Below are positions 28,504 through 35,731 of a stretch of DNA of 64,000 bases, piece by piece. This DNA is from a virus: the IMG/VR virus record IMGVR_UViG_3300045988_103180; one strand, given 5' to 3'. The stretch's first letter is position 1, and the number at the start of each line of letters is the position of its first letter. The notes below the pieces were generated by a model. That model saw only the letters and a program-made list of their open reading frames with translations. It did not search any database and was not told the DNA's origin. Both the position numbers and the translations under genes were made by a program.

Positions 28504-28677
28504 GTGAAAATTCGTGACTGGGACGAACTTGAGTATAGCAATGATGATACTTTTGAAAAGTTTTCCCACAAAGCAAAGCTAATTCGTCAGCGCAAAGACG
28601 ATACTTATAAGGCAAAACGTAAGGAAAAGTTAGAGCGCATGGAGTTTGAAGAAAATGCTACTAAGGGAGAGGACTAG
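28504..28677 (+). CDS. hypothetical Lys/Glu-rich protein
   Basis: GTG start behind GAAAGGA. 57 aa. Confidence 0.35.
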   Translation: MKIRDWDELEYSNDDTFEKFSHKAKLIRQRKDDTYKAKRKEKLERMEFEENATKGED

Positions 28678-28695
28678 TTCCTCTCCCTTTTTTTG
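28665..28695 (+). terminator. rho-independent terminator
   Basis: GGGAGAGGA-ctagt-TCCTCTCCC followed by TTTTTTT. Confidence 0.6.
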
Positions 28696-28707
28696 TAGAA
28701 AAAAATA

Positions 28708-28737
28708 TTTGCCGCACACATTTATATATGGTATAAT
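28708..28737 (+). promoter_or_regulatory. sigma70-type promoter (extended -10)
   Basis: TTTGCC-18-TGgTATAAT. Confidence 0.45.
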
Positions 28738-28765
28738 ATTATTAAATCAAGAGAGAGGAAGATAA

Positions 28766-29713
28766 ATGAACGAAGTCGATATACTGCGTAATAGCTCGCT
28801 TGTGCGCGAGAAGCATCTTGCCAATGGAATCTCTTCTTTTAATTTCTCAAACAAGTGCTTTTTCAACCAAGCATGGGATGATATTAATGTTAAAGCACGC
28901 GGACTTTTTGTAAAAGATGATAATAAGGTTGTTGCACGTTCGTACAACAAGTTCTTCAATATTGGAGAGCGTCCTGAGACTGAAATGGCTAGCCTGCGCG
29001 AGAATCTTGTGTTCCCTGTGTGCGCATATGTCAAGTCTAACGGATTCCTTGCTATGATTTCTGCCGACCCGACCGAGGATGGTAAACTGTTCATCGCATC
29101 CAAGAGCACGAATGAGGGAGATTTCGCAGGATATATCCGTGACGTTCTTGACAAGACGTTGACCACTGCACAGCAGGAGGAATTCGCAGAATATCTGCAC
29201 AAGAATGACTGCACTGCTGTCTTCGAGTGCATTGACCCTATCCATGACCCGCATATCGTTGAGTATTCGCATCCTCACCTCGTGCTTTTGGACTTGGTGT
29301 ACAATGATTTTAACTATAGCCATGCGGGGTACTATACACTTATTGACGTAGCGGGACATTTCGGATTCTATTGCAAGGTTCTTAGCAAAGTCATTGCTAA
29401 CTGGCAGGAGTTTGAAGCCTTTATTGACAAGTGGGCCGCGTGTGCATACATCGAGGGCTTTGTCTTCGAGGATTCGAACGGTTTCATGGTGAAATATAAG
29501 ACTCCTTGGTACAAGAACTGGAAGCAGGTTCGTGGAGTTTTACAGCAGGTTTGGACTGGACGCGATATTGATACTATCAAGAACATCAAGACCAAGCTGG
29601 CATTTGAACCTCGTCTCATGGCCGCAATTCCTGAGTTCGTGGAAGAGTGCCGCGAGCAAGGTCGTGGAGCTTGCCCCTCGGTAATCGAATTGCGTAACTG
29701 GTTTGAAAATTAA
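28766..29713 (+). CDS. T4 Rnl1-like (RnlA/Trl1-type) tRNA-repair RNA ligase
   Basis: Colinear with T4 Rnl1 as I recall it: KARGLFV, YNKFFNIGERPE (MEKFFNLNENP), motif I YVKSNGFL, VFECIDP, IEGFVFEDSNGFMVKYKTPWY ([21 protein letters not shown]). Confidence 0.7.
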   Translation: MNEVDILRNSSLVREKHLANGISSFNFSNKCFFNQAWDDINVKARGLFVKDDNKVVARSYNKFFNIGERPETEMASLRENLVFPVCAYVKSNGFLAMISADPTEDGKLFIASKSTNEGDFAGYIRDVLDKTLTTAQQEEFAEYLHKNDCTAVFECIDPIHDPHIVEYSHPHLVLLDLVYNDFNYSHAGYYTLIDVAGHFGFYCKVLSKVIANWQEFEAFIDKWAACAYIEGFVFEDSNGFMVKYKTPWYKNWKQVRGVLQQVWTGRDIDTIKNIKTKLAFEPRLMAAIPEFVEECREQGRGACPSVIELRNWFEN

Positions 29714-29715
29714 TC

Positions 29716-29745
29716 TTGACGATTGGTTATATTATATGCTATAAT
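29716..29745 (+). promoter_or_regulatory. sigma70-type promoter
   Basis: TTGACG-18-TATAAT. Confidence 0.55.
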
Positions 29746-29774
29746 TATGGTATAGCCAAGAGAGAGGAAAAGAT

Positions 29775-29957
29775 ATGATGGCTTCTTATAACACTGCTAT
29801 TCTGCACCTTGCAAATTATTATCTTGAGCATCATGACGAGATTTCTGGGTATTATCTTGATGGTGCAATTGATATGATTCATAATATCTATGGCGTGCGC
29901 GTAGAGCGAGTTTCCGCAGATATGTATAAGATTGCCGACATTTTGATGGAGGACTAA
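29775..29957 (+). CDS. hypothetical protein
   Basis: 60-aa ORF behind the leader CCAAGAGAGAGGAAAAG. Confidence 0.4.
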   Translation: MMASYNTAILHLANYYLEHHDEISGYYLDGAIDMIHNIYGVRVERVSADMYKIADILMED

Positions 29958-29959
29958 CA

Positions 29960-30175
29960 ATGCTGCACATGGACAATTCTGTGGGCAATCCCATGATGCT
30001 TCTTGCTTCTGAGGAAGAAATGGAGCAGAAGGTTGATGATGTAATCCAGACAATTGAAACTGAATATAATGGGCGGGCTTCTGCCGATATTGTCTATGAC
30101 CTCTTGGATTCTTATGAGGTTGAGACTTCTGATTTGCCGCAATGGTTGTGGAATCGCTTGGCCGCATATCTTTAA
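29960..30175 (+). CDS. hypothetical acidic protein
   Basis: 71-aa ORF. Confidence 0.4.
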   Translation: MLHMDNSVGNPMMLLASEEEMEQKVDDVIQTIETEYNGRASADIVYDLLDSYEVETSDLPQWLWNRLAAYL

Positions 30176-30197
30176 TGATTTTTAGGGTGATTGTCTC

Positions 30198-30226
30198 TTG
30201 ACAATTGCCCTTTTTTGTTATATAAT
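30198..30226 (+). promoter_or_regulatory. sigma70-type promoter inside a terminator hairpin
   Basis: TTGACA-17-TATAAT. The flanking stem GGGTGATTGT/ACAATTGCCC is followed by a T-run. Confidence 0.55.
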
Positions 30227-30256
30227 ATAAAATAGGTTATTATGAAAGGATGATAT

Positions 30257-31069
30257 ATGATTAAATTGGCAATTCCATTTCAATTGAATGGCGAATTGAA
30301 CGATAAAGCTAAAGAGTTTAATATTCTCTTTTACAAATCTCGCAATTCGATTGAAGACCTTATTGATTTTGTGCAGGAATATGATGATACCCGTATCAAT
30401 CTTGAATTCCCAGAAGGTATCCATATGCCTACCGTCAAGTCAATTAACAAAGTATCAGACAAGATTTATATCCGCGTAGCACCAACAGACATTACAAAGG
30501 CCGCAGAGCTTAAAGAAAATTCATATAAGTTTTTCTTTAATCAAGATATGAAGGTTCCAACCTATTCCTGTCTTGAGTCTTTTATCAATCTAGGTGTATC
30601 TGATGTATACATTGCCGATGATTTATGTTATAATATAAAGAATGTTCATGATATTTGTCAAGAGAACAATGTTCAAATGCGGCTAATTTTGAATCAGGTT
30701 CCGTCAATGACACTTGACCGTGGTATCAATCCAAAGGCTCCAATCTTTATGCCAAAAGATATGGATACTATCAATCCGTATTTTGATGTCTTTGAATTTG
30801 AATGCGGTTTGCCATATGATTGGGCAAAGTTTGATGTCTTATATCGTGCATGGTTCATTAATAAATATTGGCATGGTCAAATGAGTGAAATCAATGAAGA
30901 TGTAGATATGGATTTTCATTGTGACGCAATCCACCCAAGTTTCACTGCAAGCAAAATTAACTGCGAGCGTCGTTGTTGCAAGCGTCTATCAAACCATTGT
31001 AATAAATGTGAAGATTTTCTGTCTCTTGGCGAGGTTTTAAAGAAGAAGCAAATCCGTTTTACAAATTAA
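30257..31069 (+). CDS. hypothetical protein with C-terminal Cys cluster
   Basis: 270-aa ORF with CERRCCKRLSNHCNKCEDF. No family recognised. Confidence 0.45.
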   Translation: MIKLAIPFQLNGELNDKAKEFNILFYKSRNSIEDLIDFVQEYDDTRINLEFPEGIHMPTVKSINKVSDKIYIRVAPTDITKAAELKENSYKFFFNQDMKVPTYSCLESFINLGVSDVYIADDLCYNIKNVHDICQENNVQMRLILNQVPSMTLDRGINPKAPIFMPKDMDTINPYFDVFEFECGLPYDWAKFDVLYRAWFINKYWHGQMSEINEDVDMDFHCDAIHPSFTASKINCERRCCKRLSNHCNKCEDFLSLGEVLKKKQIRFTN

Positions 31070-31165
31070 CTAATTGGGCAAATGATTATAATCTTTTGCC
31101 CACATTTTTTATATATTTTTAAGCAATCGTCTTGTCGTATAGGAATAGAAAGAGGAATTATCCGA

Positions 31166-31939
31166 ATGAAATTCATTAAAAACAAAACGAAAGCATTGGC
31201 TATGTGCCTATCCGTAGTGGCACTCGCTGGCGTGACAAATGCTTTTTGTGTAAACGAAGCAAATGCAATTATCGTTAATGATGAAATTACAAATGCGGCA
31301 GTCCGCACAACTACACTTGATGCTATGATTCCATATAAGGAAGATGGGTACGATAACGCTCAGACATGGCTAGTGGATAAATGTAACATGAAAGACTCAC
31401 AGTTTGATGATGTTATATATATTATTCAGAATTACGGAGATTATCTTGAACAGAATGATATTTTAGAGATTCAAGATATTATGGAGAAGCAATCTGTTTG
31501 CGACACTATTACAGAACTAAAGCAATATAAGGCTCGACTTGATAGCTGGAAACAGTATGGTGCAGATAAGAAACAGAAAGCTCTCCAAGAGAAGAAAGAA
31601 GCAGAAGAACGTGCGGCTCAAGAAGCTGCTGCTCAAAAAGCTGCGGCGCAGGTAAGTTATCAGAATCAACAGTCTAACTCATATAGTACATCAAGCTATT
31701 CATATTCTGGCTACTCTTGGAATGGCTCTGCACGTGATTTCATTGTTTCTAAGGAAAGTGGTGGTAGTTATAGTGCCACCAATGGACGCTACTATGGCGC
31801 ATACCAGCTTGATATTTCCTATTTGAATGGAGACTTGTCGCAGGAAAATCAAGACAGGGTTGCTGAGCAATATGTGTCAAATAGATATGGTAGCTGGGAA
31901 AATGCTGCCGCGCACTGGCAGTCTCATGGTTGGTACTAA
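31166..31939 (+). CDS. secreted protein with C-terminal APF/transglycosylase-like domain
   Basis: Signal peptide MKFIKNKTKALAMCLSVVALAGVTNA. C-terminus KESGGSYSATNGRYYGAYQLDISYL...RYGSWENAAAHWQSHGWY resembles Lactobacillales aggregation-promoting-factor tails. Confidence 0.6.
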   Translation: MKFIKNKTKALAMCLSVVALAGVTNAFCVNEANAIIVNDEITNAAVRTTTLDAMIPYKEDGYDNAQTWLVDKCNMKDSQFDDVIYIIQNYGDYLEQNDILEIQDIMEKQSVCDTITELKQYKARLDSWKQYGADKKQKALQEKKEAEERAAQEAAAQKAAAQVSYQNQQSNSYSTSSYSYSGYSWNGSARDFIVSKESGGSYSATNGRYYGAYQLDISYLNGDLSQENQDRVAEQYVSNRYGSWENAAAHWQSHGWY

Positions 31940-31958
31940 AATATTTTCAATAAAATAG

Positions 31959-31987
31959 TTGACTTCTAGAAAAATATTTGTTATAAT
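31959..31987 (+). promoter_or_regulatory. sigma70-type promoter
   Basis: TTGACT-17-TATAAT. Confidence 0.55.
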
Positions 31988-32032
31988 ATTAACGAAATTA
32001 AAGGAACAAAAGAATTAAAAGGAGAATGGTAA

Positions 32033-32452
32033 ATGGCAGAATCTTATGGTTTAAACTTTAATTTAGCTATGACTACAAATGAGGATGGTGTTGTAGACCT
32101 AGGTGTACATGTAACCGATTCTGACGGTCTTGACCTAGACCATAAAGCTAGTGGCAAAGATGCTATGAAGGTTATTGATGAGCTAACTAGTACTCTTACG
32201 CGCGAGCTTATGATTGTATCTGATGACCGCAAGCAGAAGAAGGATAAGGAACAGGCTAAAAAGATTAAGAAGGAGCGCGAAGAGCGTGCGGCTAAGCTAG
32301 CTGATCTCAAGTCTCAGGCTGAGAAAATCAAGAAGCAGATTGAGGAAATCGAAAAGGACACTAAGGATGCAAAGACTGTCCGCACAAGCCGTCCTTCCTA
32401 TGAGTCTCTTCTTGACCAGGATTTTGCTCGTCTACTAAAGCTATTTAGTTAA
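32033..32452 (+). CDS. hypothetical Lys/Glu-rich coiled-coil protein
   Basis: 139-aa ORF behind AAAGGAG. Confidence 0.45.
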   Translation: MAESYGLNFNLAMTTNEDGVVDLGVHVTDSDGLDLDHKASGKDAMKVIDELTSTLTRELMIVSDDRKQKKDKEQAKKIKKEREERAAKLADLKSQAEKIKKQIEEIEKDTKDAKTVRTSRPSYESLLDQDFARLLKLFS

Positions 32453-32461
32453 AAAAAGTTC

Positions 32462-32490
32462 TTGCCAAGAGCTTTAAGAAGTTATATAAT
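32462..32490 (+). promoter_or_regulatory. sigma70-type promoter
   Basis: TTGCCA-17-TATAAT. Confidence 0.5.
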
Positions 32491-32517
32491 ATAGTTAAAG
32501 AAAGAGAGGAAGGTATC

Positions 32518-32868
32518 ATGGATTTGTTTGTCAAAGATAAATATTACAATATTGACTCGAAGCGCGACTTGGACGTTTGCTTGAAAGAGAACGGCTTCAA
32601 TTATGATGAACTTGAGAATGTGATACTTTCCTATCATGCGGCAGATTATGCGCATGGCGTTGAAGGTCTAATTGGCGATGATTTATACGAGACACAGCAC
32701 GCTATCAACTCTGAGTTGAGTGACTTGGAAAACGAGATTAAGAATCTTAATGGTCGTTCGTGCAAGAATAACACTCGTGCGGATATTGCGAATCGACTTA
32801 GTGATATTTACGCCAATCTTATGGACTTAAACCTTTCCTGCCAAGTATATGACAGGGATACGCTGTAA
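32518..32868 (+). CDS. hypothetical protein
   Basis: 116-aa ORF behind GAGAGGAAGG. Confidence 0.45.
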   Translation: MDLFVKDKYYNIDSKRDLDVCLKENGFNYDELENVILSYHAADYAHGVEGLIGDDLYETQHAINSELSDLENEIKNLNGRSCKNNTRADIANRLSDIYANLMDLNLSCQVYDRDTL

Positions 32869-32878
32869 GGAGCTTTTT

Positions 32879-33412
32879 ATGGGACAAGACATTCATGTTT
32901 ATCTTGCTCGCAAGACTAGCGAGTATGCACAGAAGAATGGATGCGAAGAGTATTATCCGGTAGAGTTATTTTCTAAGTATTATAACAATGATGATGATAG
33001 TGTCGTGTATGAATATGCCCAGCCATACAATGGTCGCAATTATGAGCTGTTTTCTTGGCTCATGGATGGCAATGGTCGTGTATATGTAGATGAATCTGCT
33101 TGCCCCGTTGGTCTGTATTTTGACTATGATGGTCTTGTGCCGCAAAAGATTCTTAAAGAATGGGAAGACTGGGAAGAGGGCGGCGCATATGGATATAATG
33201 CTGTTATGCTCTCTGATATTATCAATCATTATAATGCAATTAGTTCTACTAAGTATGCGGTCGATGATATGCTTGGAAGTCATTCCTCTAACAATGAGCT
33301 TAAAGATAGTATCGGTGATTTCATCGAAGACATCAAGCGTTATTGTAGCATTGAAGGAGCATATTATCTAACTCCGCAGGATATTCTTGTTGTCTATTGG
33401 TTTGATAATTAA
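32879..33412 (+). CDS. hypothetical protein
   Basis: Start at the ATG at 32879 behind AAGGAG. 177 aa. Confidence 0.45.
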   Translation: MGQDIHVYLARKTSEYAQKNGCEEYYPVELFSKYYNNDDDSVVYEYAQPYNGRNYELFSWLMDGNGRVYVDESACPVGLYFDYDGLVPQKILKEWEDWEEGGAYGYNAVMLSDIINHYNAISSTKYAVDDMLGSHSSNNELKDSIGDFIEDIKRYCSIEGAYYLTPQDILVVYWFDN

Positions 33413-33421
33413 AAAAAGTTC

Positions 33422-33451
33422 TTGACAGACTTTATATCAATATGATATAAT
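33422..33451 (+). promoter_or_regulatory. sigma70-type promoter of the first tRNA transcription unit
   Basis: TTGACA-18-TATAAT. Confidence 0.55.
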
Positions 33452-33585
33452 ATTTTTAGTTACAAAATAAAAGTTCTGGACAAAAAGTTATAATTTTTGT
33501 TGCGCAACTTTTATATTGTAATAGTGGTGTTAGAGCCTGCAAGATTTCTAGAGTATTGCAGGCTCATTTTCTTTTAACATTCTGA

Positions 33586-33658
33586 GCTGCCGTAGCTCAA
33601 CTGGCAGAGCAGCTGATTTGTAATCAGCAGGTTGTAGATTCGATTTCTATCGGCAGCT
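33586..33658 (+). tRNA. tRNA-Thr(TGT)
   Basis: Acceptor GCTGCCG/CGGCAGC, D-arm GCTC..GAGC, anticodon loop TTTGTAA, T-loop TTCGATT. Confidence 0.85.
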
Positions 33659-33775
33659 CAGAGTGCTAATCTTAGACACTCTCCAAGTGGTAGTAGACCG
33701 AGCTTTGAACTCGCCTGTACTACCCCAAGTCAATTTTAGCGGTTTGGACAGTCGCTATATAAATTTGTCCATTTT

Positions 33776-33848
33776 TGGCTCTTCTTCTAACGGAATAGGA
33801 AAGTGCGCTCTGACCGCATTAATGAAAGTTCGAGTCTTTCAGAGCCAG
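33776..33848 (+). tRNA. tRNA-Gln(CTG)
   Basis: U1-A72 acceptor TGGCTCT/AGAGCCA (Gln-like), anticodon loop CTCTGAC, T-loop TTCGAGT. Confidence 0.6.
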
Positions 33849-33866
33849 CCTAGTTAAAAAAATTAC

Positions 33867-33895
33867 TTGACAAATACCAAGTAATTTTATATAAT
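33867..33895 (+). promoter_or_regulatory. sigma70-type promoter driving the permuted tRNA-like RNA 1
   Basis: TTGACA-17-TATAAT. The -35 lies in the palindrome AATTACTTG..CAAGTAATT. Confidence 0.55.
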
Positions 33896-33901
33896 ATAGT
33901 T

Positions 33902-34000
33902 AACAAATCGTGATGGTGAAGGTTCAGGTTCGACTCCTGCCGCTGTCCGACAAGGACGGCGTAGTTTCAATTGGTGAGAATAGCACCTAGCGATTGTGTT
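33902..34000 (+). ncRNA. circularly permuted tRNA-like RNA 1 (YrlA-class Y-RNA candidate)
   Basis: Terminal stem AACAAATCG/CGATTGTGTT with one bulge, then UGAU. T-arm CAGG-TTCGACT-CCTG. 8-bp acceptor-like stem CGCTGTCC/GGACGGCG closed by GACAA. D-arm GTTT-CAATTGGTGA-GAAT. Confidence 0.55.
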
Positions 34001-34370
34001 ATATCCAATGCTTGGGGAGAGGTTATCGCTGCAAGGTAAATGTCTCCCGACTTCTATAATCTTTTGCAGGGATTATAGATTAAAGGGTTGGCGGTTTTCC
34101 CAGTTTGAAACCGTCCACGTGATTATATTATCTTGCTTGCAAGATTTTATATATGCCGGCTCTGTAGCCGTAGACAATGCGGGCCAGCGCATACTTGAAA
34201 AGAAGCGCCTAGGGGAAGAGGAATCTGGTATATTTTGGTAGTTTTCAAACCTCTGCAGATGTGAAAACTACTACTTTAATTGCGGGTGGGAGGTCAGTAT
34301 CTCACGGAGTCTCATAAGCTCTGTTAAGTTTCGGCAGCAGAAACACCTCGCGACCAATTTTTGTTATAAA
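34001..34370 (+). ncRNA. ORF-free, hairpin-dense RNA segment of unknown class
   Basis: G+C-richer than its surroundings. Hairpins GGGGAGA..TCTCCC, TCTATAATC..GATTATAGA, ATCTTGC..GCAAGAT, GTAGTTTTCA..TGAAAACTAC. No RBS-preceded ORF. Confidence 0.35.
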
Positions 34371-34377
34371 AAATTAT

Positions 34378-34407
34378 TTGACAAATAGTTGAATAATTTG
34401 ATATAAT
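34378..34407 (+). promoter_or_regulatory. sigma70-type promoter
   Basis: TTGACA-18-TATAAT, within the palindrome AAATTATT..AATAATTT. Confidence 0.55.
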
Positions 34408-34569
34408 ATATCTAGAAGGAAAGGGAAAAAGGATAGTCAACAGTACCGTCAACAAACCAGTGACCCTGCGGCTTATTGCCAACACCCAGAAGTGTAATGC
34501 TTAGTACGCTGTTAGGTTTGACCATTTGTTTTCTTCTAGTGTAGTAAACCAAGAGAAAGGTAAGAAAGT

Positions 34570-34710
34570 ATGGCACAGTCAATCGAGACGATGGAACAGC
34601 GTTATCAGATGCTACTTAACCGCAAAGGTAAGAACTCAGAAAATGTAGGCATCATGCGCAAGCTACGCCGCAAGATTAACAAGGCAAAGCAGGGTGTCAT
34701 TCTTTCCTAA
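34570..34710 (+). CDS. hypothetical 46-aa basic protein
   Basis: Below the ORF-track cutoff. Leader CCAAGAGAAAGGTAAGAAAG before the ATG. MAQSIETMEQRYQMLLNRKGK... Confidence 0.4.
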   Translation: MAQSIETMEQRYQMLLNRKGKNSENVGIMRKLRRKINKAKQGVILS

Positions 34711-34724
34711 TTAAGTTTATTTAT

Positions 34725-34822
34725 TATGCGTGATGAGGGTTCAGTTACTTCGTGAAGATTTTATGGGATATTTTAAATGCGGTACGCTGCATTTGTTAGT
34801 CTGACCCCAATTTTTCCGCATA
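34725..34822 (+). ncRNA. repeat-family structured RNA, copy R0
   Basis: P1 TATGCG/CGCATA, UGAU, P2 GGGTTCAG/CTGACCCC, TTACTTCG, AATTTTTC. Confidence 0.55.
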
Positions 34823-34893
34823 TTTTTTCTTGACTTCTGGTCTATGTATATTATGATATAATATACATAGACCAAGAGAGAAAGAGGTTTGTT

Positions 34894-35049
34894 ATGAAGC
34901 AGTTCGTCATTTGTCGTGAAAAGACCTGCGGTATCTATTCAATTCGTGTCAACACTGATTGTTCTACTGTTCGTTTTGAGATAATCAAAGATTTCGACAC
35001 GTTTGAAGATGCAGACAACTACCTTCATAATATTCTTCTATATAAGTAA
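34894..35049 (+). CDS. hypothetical 51-aa protein
   Basis: Below the ORF-track cutoff. Leader CCAAGAGAGAAAGAGG. MKQFVICREKTCGIYSIRV... Confidence 0.4.
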   Translation: MKQFVICREKTCGIYSIRVNTDCSTVRFEIIKDFDTFEDADNYLHNILLYK

Positions 35050-35059
35050 TTCATTCTAT

Positions 35060-35128
35060 TGGAGTGTAATTCAGTTGGTAGAATGTTGTTAACTCAACGT
35101 GTCGCAGGTTCGAGTCCTGTCACTTCAA
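35060..35128 (+). tRNA. tRNA-like gene, Asn-paralog with truncated anticodon arm (pseudo-tRNA or mimic)
   Basis: Same acceptor 5' strand (TGGAGTG) as tRNA-Asn, with good D and T arms. Only 19 nt separate the D and T arms (4-bp stem GTTG/CAAC, 6-nt loop). Confidence 0.4.
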
Positions 35129-35157
35129 TAGAACAAAACGTGGCTTATCTACCCTGC

Positions 35158-35229
35158 TGGAGTGTAGCTCAATGGTAGAGCCTGCGGCTGTTAACCGCAT
35201 TGTTGTAGGTTCGAGTCCTACCATTCCAG
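35158..35229 (+). tRNA. tRNA-Asn(GTT)
   Basis: U1-A72 acceptor TGGAGTG/CATTCCA, anticodon loop CTGTTAA, T-loop TTCGAGT. Confidence 0.85.
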
Positions 35230-35280
35230 CAGAGTAGATAGCTACTCAATTTATCCAAAAGTAGAAAAGGAGCTTTGTAA

Positions 35281-35727
35281 ATGTCGTATCCTTATAAGGA
35301 TGAAGTATTGGCAACTAAATATGCTTATATTCCCGATGATGCGGCCAATGCTCCCGCTCGCAAAAAGAAAAAGACAGTGAAGAAAGCCAATCATAAGCAC
35401 GCTTACGATAAGAGTATTGTTATCAATTACTTTGATAAGTACGCTGGCACATGGACTTATGCCTATAGGAATGTTTGTACTATTTGCGGTCGTATCGGTG
35501 ATTTTGTTGATAATGAGGGAATTATCAAAAAGACTTTCCCGCATGTCAAGCCTAGCTGGTTTGGTTTTGCTGTTTCTTTTGGATATAACGATGAATTTGC
35601 TGAATTTACCGAGTGGTCAAAGACTTGGTATCCTCTGATTATTTGGAAAGACTATCAGCCTTTGGATGACAAGTTTATTCCAGACGAGTTTTTTGATATG
35701 CTTGGGATTCAGAAACAAACCAATTAA
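35281..35727 (+). CDS. hypothetical protein embedded in the tRNA island
   Basis: 148-aa ORF behind AAAGGAG. CTICGR. No family recognised. Confidence 0.45.
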   Translation: MSYPYKDEVLATKYAYIPDDAANAPARKKKKTVKKANHKHAYDKSIVINYFDKYAGTWTYAYRNVCTICGRIGDFVDNEGIIKKTFPHVKPSWFGFAVSFGYNDEFAEFTEWSKTWYPLIIWKDYQPLDDKFIPDEFFDMLGIQKQTN

Positions 35728-35731
35728 AGAT

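Noticed and set aside
33663-34241. Track ORFs 33663-33857 and 33996-34241 in the tRNA/ncRNA island.
   Set aside because: Both run through hand-folded tRNA or tRNA-like structures. They lack an RBS and begin inside RNA elements.
33902-34370. A permuted (two-piece) tmRNA as the explanation for the T-arm/acceptor/D-arm order.
   Set aside because: The acceptor-like helix is closed by a 5-nt loop (GACAA), with no CCA end. A genuine D-arm is present, and I find no tag-peptide reading frame ending in a hydrophobic Ala-rich tail. The second copy (39004) is followed by hairpins and tRNAs, not by a coding piece.
34725-34745. GUGAUGA in copy R0 as a C/D-box k-turn or a hammerhead core.
   Set aside because: Only UGAU is conserved across the six copies (the others read UGAUUA, UGAUAA). 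No CUGA/GAAA partner boxes are conserved on the 3' strand.
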